From Hyalangium minutum (GTDB lineage Bacteria > Myxococcota > Myxococcia > Myxococcales > Myxococcaceae), in NCBI RefSeq assembly GCF_000737315.1, contig NZ_JMCB01000001.1, positions 124,001-188,000 of the forward strand: a stretch of 64,000 bases of DNA, in the 5' to 3' direction. Shown here piece by piece: positions 35,040 to 44,212 of the stretch. The position numbers and the translations under genes were made by a program. Each line of letters starts with the position of its first letter. Position 1 is the first letter of the stretch. A model generated the notes under the pieces. It ran no database searches. It was not told where the DNA came from and worked only from the letters and a program-made list of their open reading frames with translations.

Positions 35040-36200
35040 CTAGAAGTTCGTGGTCCGCTCCAGGTTGCGCACATCGAAGATGCCCTGCGGCACGTCCGCG
35101 CCGAACTTGATGTCGGTCAGCACCAGCTCCGTCCGGCTGCCCTGCTTCAGCTTGTCCTCCAGGATGACGCGCTGGGGGTAGAAGCGATCACCGATCTTCA
35201 CGACATCCACCATCCGCATCACCTTCAGCAGCTTGCCCGTGTTGGCGTAGCGCTCCTCCTTCAGGGGCAACAGCGTCCGCTTGGAGATCCACTGCCGGAT
35301 CTCCGGGTAGGCGACGCCCTGGTTCTTGGCCTTCAGGTACACGACGTAGGCGTCCTCTCCGTCCACCTTCTCGGAAGGCTTCAGCTCGCCGTTGTAGCTG
35401 TCGAGCACCTTCTTGTTCTCCGCCATATCCTCATAGGAGAAGTCCGAGCCCATCATCGACTGGCGGAGCATGTGCCCCGACAGCTTCACCGTCTTCTCTG
35501 TCCGCGGGAAGTACGTCCACAGCTGCCCTTGCAGCTTGAGGAAGCGGCTCCCCTTATCCCGATCCGGCTTCAGGAAGATGATGAAGGAGTCCGTCTGGCC
35601 GCGGGAGAAGAGCTTCAGCTCCTTCTCGCGCGTCTCGCTCGGCGTCACGATGATCATCTTCGCGGTCGCCGAGCGCGTCTCGAAGGTCAGTTGCCCGTCC
35701 ATACGCCGGAGGATCTCCTCCACCGAGGTCAACTCTTCGACGAGCGCGGCGGTCCCCTGTGCAGCCAGCGCAGTCCCCTGGGGTGCAGCCGGGGGGGGGC
35801 CCTGCACGGCCGGAACGGGGGCCTGTGCAACAGCCGGAGCGGGGGGCTGTGCGGCCGGCGGCTGTGCGGCAGCCGGAGCGGGGGGCTGTGCGGCCGGCGG
35901 CTGTGCAGCCGGGGCGGGGGCCTGTGCAACCGGGGGAGTGCCTGCGGAGGTCTTGGCAGGAGTCTGCGCAGTCTTGGCAGGCGCAGCCGGAGCTTTGGCA
36001 GGAGTCTGCGCGGTCTTGGCAGGCGCAGCCGGAGCCTTGGCAGGCACAGCCGGAGCCTTGGCAGGCGCGGCCGGAGCCTGGGCTTGCTCGGCCGCCTGGA
36101 TCGGGGTGCCCCCCAGCAGGAAGGTCAGCCCCAGCAGCGCCGCCGTGAGGGTCCGTACGCCCTTGCGTGAAGCGTTCTCGCTGTTCGTTATGTTCGACAT
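35040..36200 (-). CDS. LolA-like outer-membrane lipoprotein-sorting family periplasmic protein with long Pro/Ala/Lys/Gln N-terminal extension
   Basis: ATG at 36200 with GAGGTGG RBS (the track's 559-aa start is upstream in the permease). Signal peptide ending PIQA; C-terminal domain with FLKP.RDKG..FLK, LW.Y.P, MMGSDFSYEDM, GKLLK, typical of LolA-like/DUF1329 proteins. Confidence 0.8.
   Translation of the reverse strand: MSNITNSENASRKGVRTLTAALLGLTFLLGGTPIQAAEQAQAPAAPAKAPAVPAKAPAAPAKTAQTPAKAPAAPAKTAQTPAKTSAGTPPVAQAPAPAAQPPAAQPPAPAAAQPPAAQPPAPAVAQAPVPAVQGPPPAAPQGTALAAQGTAALVEELTSVEEILRRMDGQLTFETRSATAKMIIVTPSETREKELKLFSRGQTDSFIIFLKPDRDKGSRFLKLQGQLWTYFPRTEKTVKLSGHMLRQSMMGSDFSYEDMAENKKVLDSYNGELKPSEKVDGEDAYVVYLKAKNQGVAYPEIRQWISKRTLLPLKEERYANTGKLLKVMRMVDVVKIGDRFYPQRVILEDKLKQGSRTELVLTDIKFGADVPQGIFDVRNLERTTNF
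35832..36080 (-). repeat. coding tandem repeats: two near-perfect 39-nt copies (35832-35909) and about six degenerate 21-nt units (~35950-36080) encoding AAQPP/APA and AKAPAAP/AKTAQTP
   Basis: agccggagcggggggctgtgcggccggcggctgtgc occurs at 35832 and 35871; ttggcagg recurs with 21-nt periodicity. Confidence 0.85.
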
Positions 36201-36247
36201 GATCCACCTCGACGCGGCACCGTGGCCGCGATTCAAAAGTCGGCTGA

Positions 36248-37471
36248 CTAGCCCTTCACCATCGCATCCTGAGGCGTCATCGACAGCGTCTTGAGCACGG
36301 GGAGAATCATGCCCAGGATGCCCAGCAGCACGCCCATGACGACCGCCGTCACCACGGCGCCCACGGTGAAGTCTCCCCGCAACACCGAGACGGCCAGGGC
36401 AACCCCCTGCACCTTGTCCGAGGACACGGTGAGCCCCACCGTCTGCAGGTACCACCCGAGTGGAATGGCGAACACCAGCCCCGCCATGCTGCCCAGGAAC
36501 CCGTACAGCGCCGCCTCGTAGAGGAACGAGGTGACAATGCCCCGGCGAGACATCCCCAGCGCCATCAACACCCCCACCTCCTTGCGGCGCTCCAGCACGG
36601 ACACCATCATCATGTTCAAGATGCCCAAGCCGGCCACGAAGCAGACGATGAAGGAGACACCCTGCCGGATGCCCTGCAGCATTTGGTAGATGCTCAGCAG
36701 GAACGGATCGTCCTGCCACGTCCGGATCGCTGTGCTCTCCCCCAGAATCCCACTGGCGCGGATGCGCTCCGCCAGCGGCCCCGCCTGATCGTACCGGGTG
36801 CCATACAGAACGATCTTCGTAGCGCCATCTTCCATGCCCAGAAACTCCTGTGCCGCTTGGACGGGCATGTAGAGCGCTCTATTCGCGGCCGCGTTGCCAA
36901 GGTCGAAGATCCCCGCCAGCTGGAAGTCATCCGCGGTGAAGCTGTCGTATGCGTCCTTACCCAGGAGGGTTACCTTGTCGCCGAGCTTGAGGCCTAGCTC
37001 GTCCACCAAGGTCTTGCCCAGCAAGATGGCCTTCTGCCCCGGCTGGAGGTAGCTGCCCGCGACGATGTTGTGGGGCAGGCCCGAGCGCTGGCCGAACACC
37101 TCCACGTCCACGCCCGTGGCGCGCACGGACTTGTTCTTCTGGCCACTCTCCACCAGCACGCCAAAGTCGATGCGCGGAGCGGCCGCTTCCACGCCCTCCA
37201 CCTTGAGCAGCTGCTGCTTCAGCTCGGAGGTGCCGGGCACAAAGTACTTGAGGGGATTGAACCGGCTCTTGGCGAAGTAGTCCTTCTGGGCCACCACCAG
37301 CTCCCCGGACTCGCCTACCATCTCCAGAAAGATCTGCTTCTCCACCCCGCCTGCCAGGGTGATGCCTCCCACGATGAAGGTGACGGCGAGGGCGATGGCC
37401 GCCAGCGCCAGCGCGGCACGGGTCCGCTGGCGGAAGATGTTCTTGAAACCCAATCGAAGCAGATAGAGCAC
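36248..37471 (-). CDS. ABC transporter permease, FtsX/LolC-E/MacB family
   Basis: GTG start at 37471 (VLYLLRLGFKNIFRQRTR); N-terminal TM, periplasmic domain, then MMVSVLERRKEVGVLMALGM and FLYEA; three C-terminal TMs. Confidence 0.88.
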   Translation of the reverse strand: MLYLLRLGFKNIFRQRTRAALALAAIALAVTFIVGGITLAGGVEKQIFLEMVGESGELVVAQKDYFAKSRFNPLKYFVPGTSELKQQLLKVEGVEAAAPRIDFGVLVESGQKNKSVRATGVDVEVFGQRSGLPHNIVAGSYLQPGQKAILLGKTLVDELGLKLGDKVTLLGKDAYDSFTADDFQLAGIFDLGNAAANRALYMPVQAAQEFLGMEDGATKIVLYGTRYDQAGPLAERIRASGILGESTAIRTWQDDPFLLSIYQMLQGIRQGVSFIVCFVAGLGILNMMMVSVLERRKEVGVLMALGMSRRGIVTSFLYEAALYGFLGSMAGLVFAIPLGWYLQTVGLTVSSDKVQGVALAVSVLRGDFTVGAVVTAVVMGVLLGILGMILPVLKTLSMTPQDAMVKG

Positions 37472-37515
37472 GGAAGGTTCCTCTCTCAGGGACGAAGACG
37501 GGCACCCCACCTGGG

Positions 37516-38733
37516 TCAGCGCTTCATCGCCTCCATGGGGCTGAGCCGCGAGAACTTGATGGCCGGGTACAGCGCCGCGAGCGCGGCGACGATGAGGCCG
37601 GTCGCGAAGGCGGAGGCCACCCGGGAGAACGACAAGTCCACGTAGAGCATGGTGCTCATCGACACGCTGAAGTTGCTGGAGGCCGCCATCTGGGAGATGT
37701 CGACGCCTTTGCTCATGCCCTGGATGACAGCGCAGCCCAGCAGCGAGCCCCCCAGCGCGCCCATCAGGCCGATCACCGCCGCCTCCACCATCAGCATCGC
37801 GGCCACGCGCTCGGTCTGCAGGCCCAGCGCGCGGTAGGTGCCGATCTCCCGGAGCCGCTCGAAGGCGCTCATCACCAAGGTGTTGGCGATGCTGCTGGCC
37901 GCCACCAGCATGATCACCAGCACGAGCGCGTCGAGCGACTGGCGCTTGCTCTGGTTGACGCCGAGCACCGGGGCAGCACGCTCCTTCCACGTCTGCATGA
38001 CGAGCCCCTGGCCTCCCAGCAGCGCCGCATGGCGCGCCTGCAGGTCCATGGCCATGGCGTCGCGGGGCAGCAGGCCCACCACCTCGGAGACGGCGTCCTG
38101 CGCGTCCATCAACTGCTGGGCCTTCTTCAACGGGAGGAAGAAGGTGGAGGTGTCCACGGCGGCATTGGAGCTTCGGATGATGCCAGCCACCACGAACTCC
38201 TCCGCCGTATAGGCCCCGAACCGGGTGCGCGCCAGCAGCGTCGCGGAGGAGCCGGGCTCCAGCTTGAGTGCCTCGGCCAGCCCTGCGCCCACCCACACAG
38301 GCGTCTGCTCCGGCGGCACCGGCGCCGAGCGGATGACGGGGAGTTCGAACGCGGCCAGGTAGGTCTCCGGCTCGATGCCCACTGCCCGGGCGTGCAGCCC
38401 GTCCGTGCCGTTGCTCAGCTCCGCCGGGAAGGACAGGCGCGGATGGAGCTGAACGCCCGAGGTCTCTCCCAGCGGCGCCTTCACCTTCTCCCACCCCTCC
38501 ACCAGGGGCCCCTGCTCGTTCTCTTCCTCCGCCTCCAGATAGCCCTTGGACATGATCCGGAAGTGCCCCGTGTCCGAGCGGATCTGCCCGCGGATGACGG
38601 AGCTGTCCAGCGCGTCCACGAAGGACAACCCGAGGAGCATCATGAACACGCCCACGAAGACGGACACTGCCGTCAGAAGCGAGCGGCGGGCCTTGCGGAA
38701 CGTGTTCTTCAGCGCGATTCGCAGGAGGAACAT
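37516..38733 (-). CDS. ABC transporter permease, FtsX/LolC-E/MacB family
   Basis: IALKNTFRKARRSLLT; MSAFERLREIGTYRALG; LYPAIKFSRLSPMEAMK terminus; start overlaps the ATPase stop (TAATG). Confidence 0.9.
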   Translation of the reverse strand: MFLLRIALKNTFRKARRSLLTAVSVFVGVFMMLLGLSFVDALDSSVIRGQIRSDTGHFRIMSKGYLEAEEENEQGPLVEGWEKVKAPLGETSGVQLHPRLSFPAELSNGTDGLHARAVGIEPETYLAAFELPVIRSAPVPPEQTPVWVGAGLAEALKLEPGSSATLLARTRFGAYTAEEFVVAGIIRSSNAAVDTSTFFLPLKKAQQLMDAQDAVSEVVGLLPRDAMAMDLQARHAALLGGQGLVMQTWKERAAPVLGVNQSKRQSLDALVLVIMLVAASSIANTLVMSAFERLREIGTYRALGLQTERVAAMLMVEAAVIGLMGALGGSLLGCAVIQGMSKGVDISQMAASSNFSVSMSTMLYVDLSFSRVASAFATGLIVAALAALYPAIKFSRLSPMEAMKR

Positions 38734-39488
38734 TACCCACGCTCCTCGATGCCGATGACCTTGCCGTCGCGCAGCCTCACCAGCCGGGTGGCGTACTCCA
38801 TCACCAGCGGATCATGGGACGAGAAGATGAAGGTGGTGCCGAAGGAGGCGTTCAGCTCCTTCATCAGGCCGAGAATCTCGCGAGCGGTGTGGCTGTCCAG
38901 GTTGGCCGTGGGCTCGTCGGCCAGCAGCACCGCGGGCTTCTTCACCAGCGCCCGGGCAATGGCCACGCGCTGCTGCTGCCCGCCCGACAGCTGCCGCGGG
39001 AGCCGGTGCGCCAGGTGCTTGAGCCCTACCCGCTCCAGCACCGGGTCGACGAGCTCCGCGATCTGCGTCCGCGACAGGCCGCCTTTGATCTGCAGGGGCA
39101 GCTGCACGTTCTCATGCACGGTCAGCACCGGGATGAGGTTGAACTCCTGGAAGATGAAGCCAATGCGCTCCTTGCGGAACTCCGTCATCTGCCGGGCATT
39201 GAGCGTGCTGAGATCCACTCCATCCACGATGACCTTGCCGGACGAGGGCGCGTCGATGGCGCCAATCAGGTTCAGGCACGTGGACTTGCCCGAGCCGGAC
39301 GGGCCGGTCAGCGCCAGGAAGGCCCCCTTGGGGATCACCAGATCGACTCCGTCCACCGCCTTCACCATCGCCTCCCCAGAGCCGTAGGAGCGCGTGGTCT
39401 GCTGGAGCTGCACGATGGCCGACTGGCTCATGGGAGCCGAAGTGGCACCGGCCGGGACATTCACCTGGGACGTGACATTCTGACTCAT
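38733..39488 (-). CDS. ABC transporter ATP-binding protein, LolD-like
   Basis: Walker A GPSGSGKS, GFIFQEFNL, LSGGQQQRVAIARAL, LADEPTANLD, SSHD. Confidence 0.95.
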   Translation of the reverse strand: MSQNVTSQVNVPAGATSAPMSQSAIVQLQQTTRSYGSGEAMVKAVDGVDLVIPKGAFLALTGPSGSGKSTCLNLIGAIDAPSSGKVIVDGVDLSTLNARQMTEFRKERIGFIFQEFNLIPVLTVHENVQLPLQIKGGLSRTQIAELVDPVLERVGLKHLAHRLPRQLSGGQQQRVAIARALVKKPAVLLADEPTANLDSHTAREILGLMKELNASFGTTFIFSSHDPLVMEYATRLVRLRDGKVIGIEERG

Positions 39489-39509
39489 GTGTGCGTTGAC
39501 TCCTGAGGG

Positions 39510-40607
39510 CTAGAACCGCCAGTCGACATAGAGCTCGACCGTGCGTGTCGACAGCGCGCTGCCCAACGGGTGCCCTTCGCCGGGCTTGAACTCGCCCGGC
39601 CCCTGAAGGCCTCCCATCAGCAGTCCCCGGAGTGACACCTCCAGGTTGTCGAAGAAGTACCGGCCCACCCCCAACGACACGAGCCCAGTGCGGTCCTCGA
39701 GGTTGCCGATGAATGCCAGCGAGACGTAGGTCACCTCGTCGGTGGAGAGGTTGCCTGTCAGCGACACGTACTGGCGCCCCAGAAAGCTGCGCCGGCCCGC
39801 GGCGAGGGCCTCGTAGTCATAGTCGGACAGGCCGGCGCCGCCGGAGCTGTCCCGGTAGTACTGCGCGGAGAACGTCAGGCTTTGGAGGACGGGGAAGGAG
39901 TAGTCGGCCCCCACCACCACCCGGTAGGAGACCTTGCCTTCCTGGGGCAGGTGGACCGCCCCCTCCAACCAATAGCCCACCTCCAGGTCGCCCTTGATGT
40001 CCACGCCGAGCACCTGCTCGTCCCGGCGCCGATCATCCACGGCCACCACCGCCATGCCCGTCCCCCCCAACAGCCACTCGGCTCGCAGCAGGGACAGGGC
40101 CTTGTTCTGAGGAAAGGCCACGGCGCCAATCACCCGCGCGGTGGGGGACAGCGAGATGGAGGCGCGGGCAGTGTCCACGCCGCGCTTCTGCACCGCGAAG
40201 TTCAACGGGGTGTTGAGATCCACCAGATCGATGGGGTTCCAGATCATCGCGGACCCCATGTTGATGGCTTGCCGGCCGATGCGCAGATCCCACTTCTCGA
40301 AGTGGTAGTCGATATAGGCCCGGTCCACCAGCAGCACCTCGGCGTTGCCGGCCCGGCCCGCCGCCCCCAGCAGCCGCTGAGCGTTGAGCGTCACCACAGC
40401 GGCCATGTCCTCGCTCACGTTCACCGTGAACTCGGGGCGGATGTTGAGCTCGTAGCTGTAGTTGTCCTTGTCCAGCGGGCTGAAGACGTACAGCCGGTTG
40501 CGGACGCTGCCGCCGACGGAGGCAGACACCTCCGCCCGAGCCGCCGTTCCCAACAGCAGGAACAGCAGCCCGCTCCACACGACACCGCTCCCCTTCAACA
40601 TATCCAC
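39510..40607 (-). CDS. putative outer-membrane beta-barrel protein
   Basis: Signal peptide ending AARA; DRAYIDY..DLRIGRQ.I..G...WNP.D motif; alternating amphipathic strands; C-terminal VELYVDWRF with terminal Phe. The start may instead be the second Met (40601). Confidence 0.7.
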   Translation of the reverse strand: MDMLKGSGVVWSGLLFLLLGTAARAEVSASVGGSVRNRLYVFSPLDKDNYSYELNIRPEFTVNVSEDMAAVVTLNAQRLLGAAGRAGNAEVLLVDRAYIDYHFEKWDLRIGRQAINMGSAMIWNPIDLVDLNTPLNFAVQKRGVDTARASISLSPTARVIGAVAFPQNKALSLLRAEWLLGGTGMAVVAVDDRRRDEQVLGVDIKGDLEVGYWLEGAVHLPQEGKVSYRVVVGADYSFPVLQSLTFSAQYYRDSSGGAGLSDYDYEALAAGRRSFLGRQYVSLTGNLSTDEVTYVSLAFIGNLEDRTGLVSLGVGRYFFDNLEVSLRGLLMGGLQGPGEFKPGEGHPLGSALSTRTVELYVDWRF

Positions 40608-40669
40608 ACAACCTTCTGGATCATGAACGGCTCACTACGCTGGCACAGCCCAGCACATCCACCAAGCTT

Positions 40670-41353
40670 TCAGCTGGCCGGGCTCTGCACGCGTGCTTGC
40701 TTCAGCCCGTAGTCCTCCAGGCGCAAGTAGCTGGTGTTGATCCAGATGAGCGGCTGGATGAGCCACCCCACGAACGCCAGGAAGAAGATCGTTCCAATAC
40801 CAATTGGCCCTCCAAGTACCCACCCAGCAGCCAGCAGCAGCACCTCCATGACGCCCTTGCAGAGCCAGAAGGGCAGCTTCCACCTGCGCACCATCGTCAA
40901 GGCCACCAGATCCATGGCCCGGATCCCGATGCCGCTCATGATGATCAACGAGGAGCCATAGGCGCACAGCACCACGCCCGCCAGCATCATCGGGAACGGG
41001 CTGAGCCCCACGAAGCGCTCCACGAAGTGCAGGTTCATCCACAGATCGATGAGGCTGCCGCAAAAGAAGAAGGTGAAGAAGGGGGACAGCGGGGGCCTCG
41101 TCCGGTTCCAGAGCCCGTAGACCAGCAGGCACAGCGCCGCGAAGCCTCCTTGCGCCAGCCCCACCGTGAGCGGCAGGTGCTTGACCAGGCCCAGCGCCAT
41201 GACGTCGAGCGGGTCCGTCCCCAGGTTCGACGCGATGAAGAACGCCGCTCCCATCGAGAATGTCACGCAGCCGAACAAGTACAGCACGTACTGGTCGCGT
41301 CCGAGCCCCAACAGCCATTTCCAGATTTTCTCGAAAAACAAGCTTACCCCCAA
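40670..41353 (-). CDS. YczE/YyaS/YitT-family integral membrane protein
   Basis: TTG at 41353 with GAGGAG 8 nt upstream; two related hydrophobic halves with GTDPLDVMALGL and GIRAMDLVALTM; GGPIGIGTIFF near the C terminus. Confidence 0.75.
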   Translation of the reverse strand: MGVSLFFEKIWKWLLGLGRDQYVLYLFGCVTFSMGAAFFIASNLGTDPLDVMALGLVKHLPLTVGLAQGGFAALCLLVYGLWNRTRPPLSPFFTFFFCGSLIDLWMNLHFVERFVGLSPFPMMLAGVVLCAYGSSLIIMSGIGIRAMDLVALTMVRRWKLPFWLCKGVMEVLLLAAGWVLGGPIGIGTIFFLAFVGWLIQPLIWINTSYLRLEDYGLKQARVQSPAS

Positions 41354-41433
41354 GTCGCAGGCTCCTCTGTCTAACACAGGAATCCAGGTTTTTTGCAATA
41401 TTCTGGTTCCGAGGAGGAGTCGGCAGGAGGGGC

Positions 41434-42762
41434 TCAGGCGGCGAAGGTCTTGGCGAGCTGCTGAGCCCGGACGAGCCCCATGATGAAGGGGATGGCGAAG
41501 TTGAGGGGGTGGACGTCCGGCGCGAGCTGGCGGGACAGGCCGAAGAGCGTCACCACGGCGCGCTCGACGCAGTACCACCCCTCCGGATACTGGAGCGCCT
41601 TGAGCAGGTCGCGCATCTCGCTGGCCTTCACGCCAATCTCCTCGGGCTTGCCAGGCTCGGTGCCGGGGGTCTTGCGCAGCTCCTCCACCACGCGCTTGAA
41701 GTAGCCGCGGATCACCCGCTCGAGCACCTCGCGCTTGCCCGCCTTGCTCATGAAGCCAATGGTCTCCACGCCGCGGATGACGAGCTCTTCATCCCGCGTG
41801 GCCACCCCGGTCAGCACCTGCTGCAACCCCTCGACGATGTGCGGCGCGGGCTCGGTGACCGTACCGAAGTCCAGCAGCACCAGGCGTGGGCCGGTGGGCC
41901 CCGGCTGCACGAAGAAGTTCCCGGGGTGCGGGTCCGCCTGGAAGAAGCGGTTCAGGAAGAACTGCTTGCAGAAGAGGCTGACCAGCCGGGTGGCCAGCGC
42001 CTTGCCGTCGATGCCGGCCGCCGCGAGCTCCTCCCGGCGCGTCATCTTGATGCCCTGCACGTAGCTCATCACCAGCACCTTCTCCGAGGTGAAGTCCCAG
42101 TACACCTGGGGGAAGCTCACGTCGGGCTCGCCGGCGAACTCCTGGGCCATGCGCTCCATGGCCCGTGCCTCGTGACGGAAGTCGGTCTCGCTGCGCAACA
42201 GCGCCTCGAGCTGCACCATCACCCGCTCCAGCGAGGCGACGGGGAAGAACAGGCGCGACATCTTCAGCGAGTGCCGCATCATCGCCATGTCCACCTTCAG
42301 CAGGCGGTGCGAGGTGGGGTAGAGGATCTTGACGGCAACCTCCTCCCCCGTCTTCAGCGTGGCGCGGTGCACCTGCGCCAGCGAGGCGGCGGCGATAGGT
42401 TGCTCCTCAAAGCGAGCGAACACCTCGTGGGGGCGCTTCCCCACCGCCCCCACGAAGGTGCGCTCCATCTCCGAGAAGGGATGCGGAGGCACCTGATCTT
42501 GCAGATCCTCCAGTTCCTCCATGTATGCGGCGGGAAGCACGTTGCCCATCAGCGAGGCCAGCTGCCCGAACTTGATGTAGACGCCGCGGAGCTTCTCGAT
42601 GCCGTGGTAGACGCGCCGCGCATTGGTGCGGTGCACACGCTCCCTGCGTTCCTTCATGCGCTCTTTGCCGAGCAGCTTTTCCAGGCTTACCTGGATCAAG
42701 TAGCTCAACATGATGGTATAGTAGAGAACCGAAGCGCGACCGAGCCTTGTCAATATCCACAT
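41434..42762 (-). CDS. UbiB/ABC1/AarF atypical protein-kinase-like protein (copy 1)
   Basis: KxGQ signature (IKFGQ), [39 protein letters not shown]. Confidence 0.93.
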   Translation of the reverse strand: MWILTRLGRASVLYYTIMLSYLIQVSLEKLLGKERMKERRERVHRTNARRVYHGIEKLRGVYIKFGQLASLMGNVLPAAYMEELEDLQDQVPPHPFSEMERTFVGAVGKRPHEVFARFEEQPIAAASLAQVHRATLKTGEEVAVKILYPTSHRLLKVDMAMMRHSLKMSRLFFPVASLERVMVQLEALLRSETDFRHEARAMERMAQEFAGEPDVSFPQVYWDFTSEKVLVMSYVQGIKMTRREELAAAGIDGKALATRLVSLFCKQFFLNRFFQADPHPGNFFVQPGPTGPRLVLLDFGTVTEPAPHIVEGLQQVLTGVATRDEELVIRGVETIGFMSKAGKREVLERVIRGYFKRVVEELRKTPGTEPGKPEEIGVKASEMRDLLKALQYPEGWYCVERAVVTLFGLSRQLAPDVHPLNFAIPFIMGLVRAQQLAKTFAA

Positions 42763-42838
42763 GGGGGGGCCTTTGGTGTTGGGGGCGCTTCATAACACCT
42801 CTTGCAGGCCTCTTTCACCTGCCCCCTCCCCCACTCAT

Positions 42839-44128
42839 ATGACCACCATGAGCACAGCCCCCGCCAATTCCTCCGCAGATCTGATCCACGGAGGGACGAC
42901 TGATACGAAATACCAGACGCCGCAGCGGCGCCTGATGGAGCAGGCCTTCAACCGCGCATTGCAGGCAGGTAAGCGGCTGGTCGTGCGCATCGAGGCCCCC
43001 TGGTCTGACGAGTGCGTCACCTACGAGGAGAGCCTCCCCCAGCACGGCGCGCGGCTCAATGAGCTGCTGTCCAAGGTGGAGTCGCTGGTGCTCAACGAGG
43101 CCGACTTCGATCGCGCGCATGGAGTGGACTACCTGCCCTCGGAGATGCTGCACTTCCAGACCGTCTACTTCTGTGATCCGGCCACCCGCACCTGGGCCAT
43201 CGTCCCACACGTGACGAGCGCGCAGCTCTTCACCCAGTACCTCACCCTGTGGCTGGAGCGGCCCCAGTTCCCCCAGACGCTCCAGCAGCTGGCGCTCGAG
43301 GCCACCACGCCGGAGACGGCGGTGGGCATCCCCTTCAAGCACCTGGTGGAAACGGCCATCCAGACGGCCGGCTACAGCCTCAGCTTCGAGGAGACGCGGG
43401 CACTCGTGGAGAAGCTCCGGGAGAAGAAGGCGAAGCAGCCGGACCTCTTCCAAGGCATTGATCTCGACGCCCTGTACATGCGGGGAAGCCAGAACCAGAT
43501 CAGCGCGGGGCGCATCACCTACGAGGAGCTGTCCGCAAAGGATCCGCAGCTGGGCAAGCGCATGTTCGACTCGCTGGAGAACATGATCGAGGCGCGCCTG
43601 TACAACGTGATCGGCGTGCTGCTCCGCAAGCAAGGGCTGGAGGCAGCGGCGCGCCAGGTGCCCGCGCTGCTCGAGACGGTCCACAAGGACATGGCGGCCA
43701 AGGGGCTCACCCACGAGGGCGAGGTGGCGGACACCGGCATCGTCCGGGCGAAGAACGAGGCGGCCTTCAAGGTGCTCGAGGCCCGCGCGGGGTTGATCAC
43801 CCGCGAGCAGGCGGTGAAGTTCAACGAGCAGCTCATCGCGCAGAACGTGCCCTTCTACTTCCGCGAGTCGGTGCCCCACATCTTCGTGGCGCTCGGGGAC
43901 TACGCGACGGCCGCCTCCCTCATTGAGGCGACCCTGCCAGAGTGGGGCATGTTCTACGACGGCCTCATCGCGCACATGCGCTCGCAGACGAAGTCCAAGG
44001 ACAGCAAGGACGAGAAGATGGTGCAGATGTTCGGCAACAAGCTGGCCATCTTCGAGAAGCTGAAGGTCCGCGTGATCAACGCGCGCAGGGCCCGGGCCGA
44101 GAGCCTGAGGAAGCTCGCCTCCTCCTGA
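42839..44128 (+). CDS. hypothetical protein; N-terminal thioredoxin-like fold with WSxxC, helical C-terminal region
   Basis: ALQAGKRLVVRIEAPWSDEC aligns by eye with the A..EGKPVLVDF.A.WCxxC pattern; HGVDYLP resembles the YGV..LP cis-Pro strand. Codon usage is that of a real gene. Start at 42839 or 42848. Confidence 0.6.
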   Translation: MTTMSTAPANSSADLIHGGTTDTKYQTPQRRLMEQAFNRALQAGKRLVVRIEAPWSDECVTYEESLPQHGARLNELLSKVESLVLNEADFDRAHGVDYLPSEMLHFQTVYFCDPATRTWAIVPHVTSAQLFTQYLTLWLERPQFPQTLQQLALEATTPETAVGIPFKHLVETAIQTAGYSLSFEETRALVEKLREKKAKQPDLFQGIDLDALYMRGSQNQISAGRITYEELSAKDPQLGKRMFDSLENMIEARLYNVIGVLLRKQGLEAAARQVPALLETVHKDMAAKGLTHEGEVADTGIVRAKNEAAFKVLEARAGLITREQAVKFNEQLIAQNVPFYFRESVPHIFVALGDYATAASLIEATLPEWGMFYDGLIAHMRSQTKSKDSKDEKMVQMFGNKLAIFEKLKVRVINARRARAESLRKLASS

Positions 44129-44141
44129 GCCGCCGGAGTCG

Positions 44142-44169
44142 AGAGGGCCCCTGACGTTGGGGGCCCTCT
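44142..44169. terminator. hairpin between convergent genes (probable bidirectional terminator)
   Basis: Perfect 10-bp stem agagggcccc (44142-44151) / ggggccctct (44160-44169) with loop tgacgttg; no U-tract. Confidence 0.6.
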
Positions 44170-44212
44170 GCAGGGAAGGCTCCCAGGCCCGGGAAGACGG
44201 GTGGCCGGGGCC

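Noticed and set aside
36248-38740. 830-aa ORF suggesting a fused or frameshifted double permease
   Set aside because: Only its last 407 codons (from GTG 37471) are permease-like. The upstream part is an off-frame read of the intact neighbouring permease 37516-38733, so no frameshift is needed.
42748-42753. Perfect TTGACA on the minus strand
   Set aside because: Lies inside the first codons of the ABC1 gene (M-W-I-L-T-R) and has no matching -10 element.
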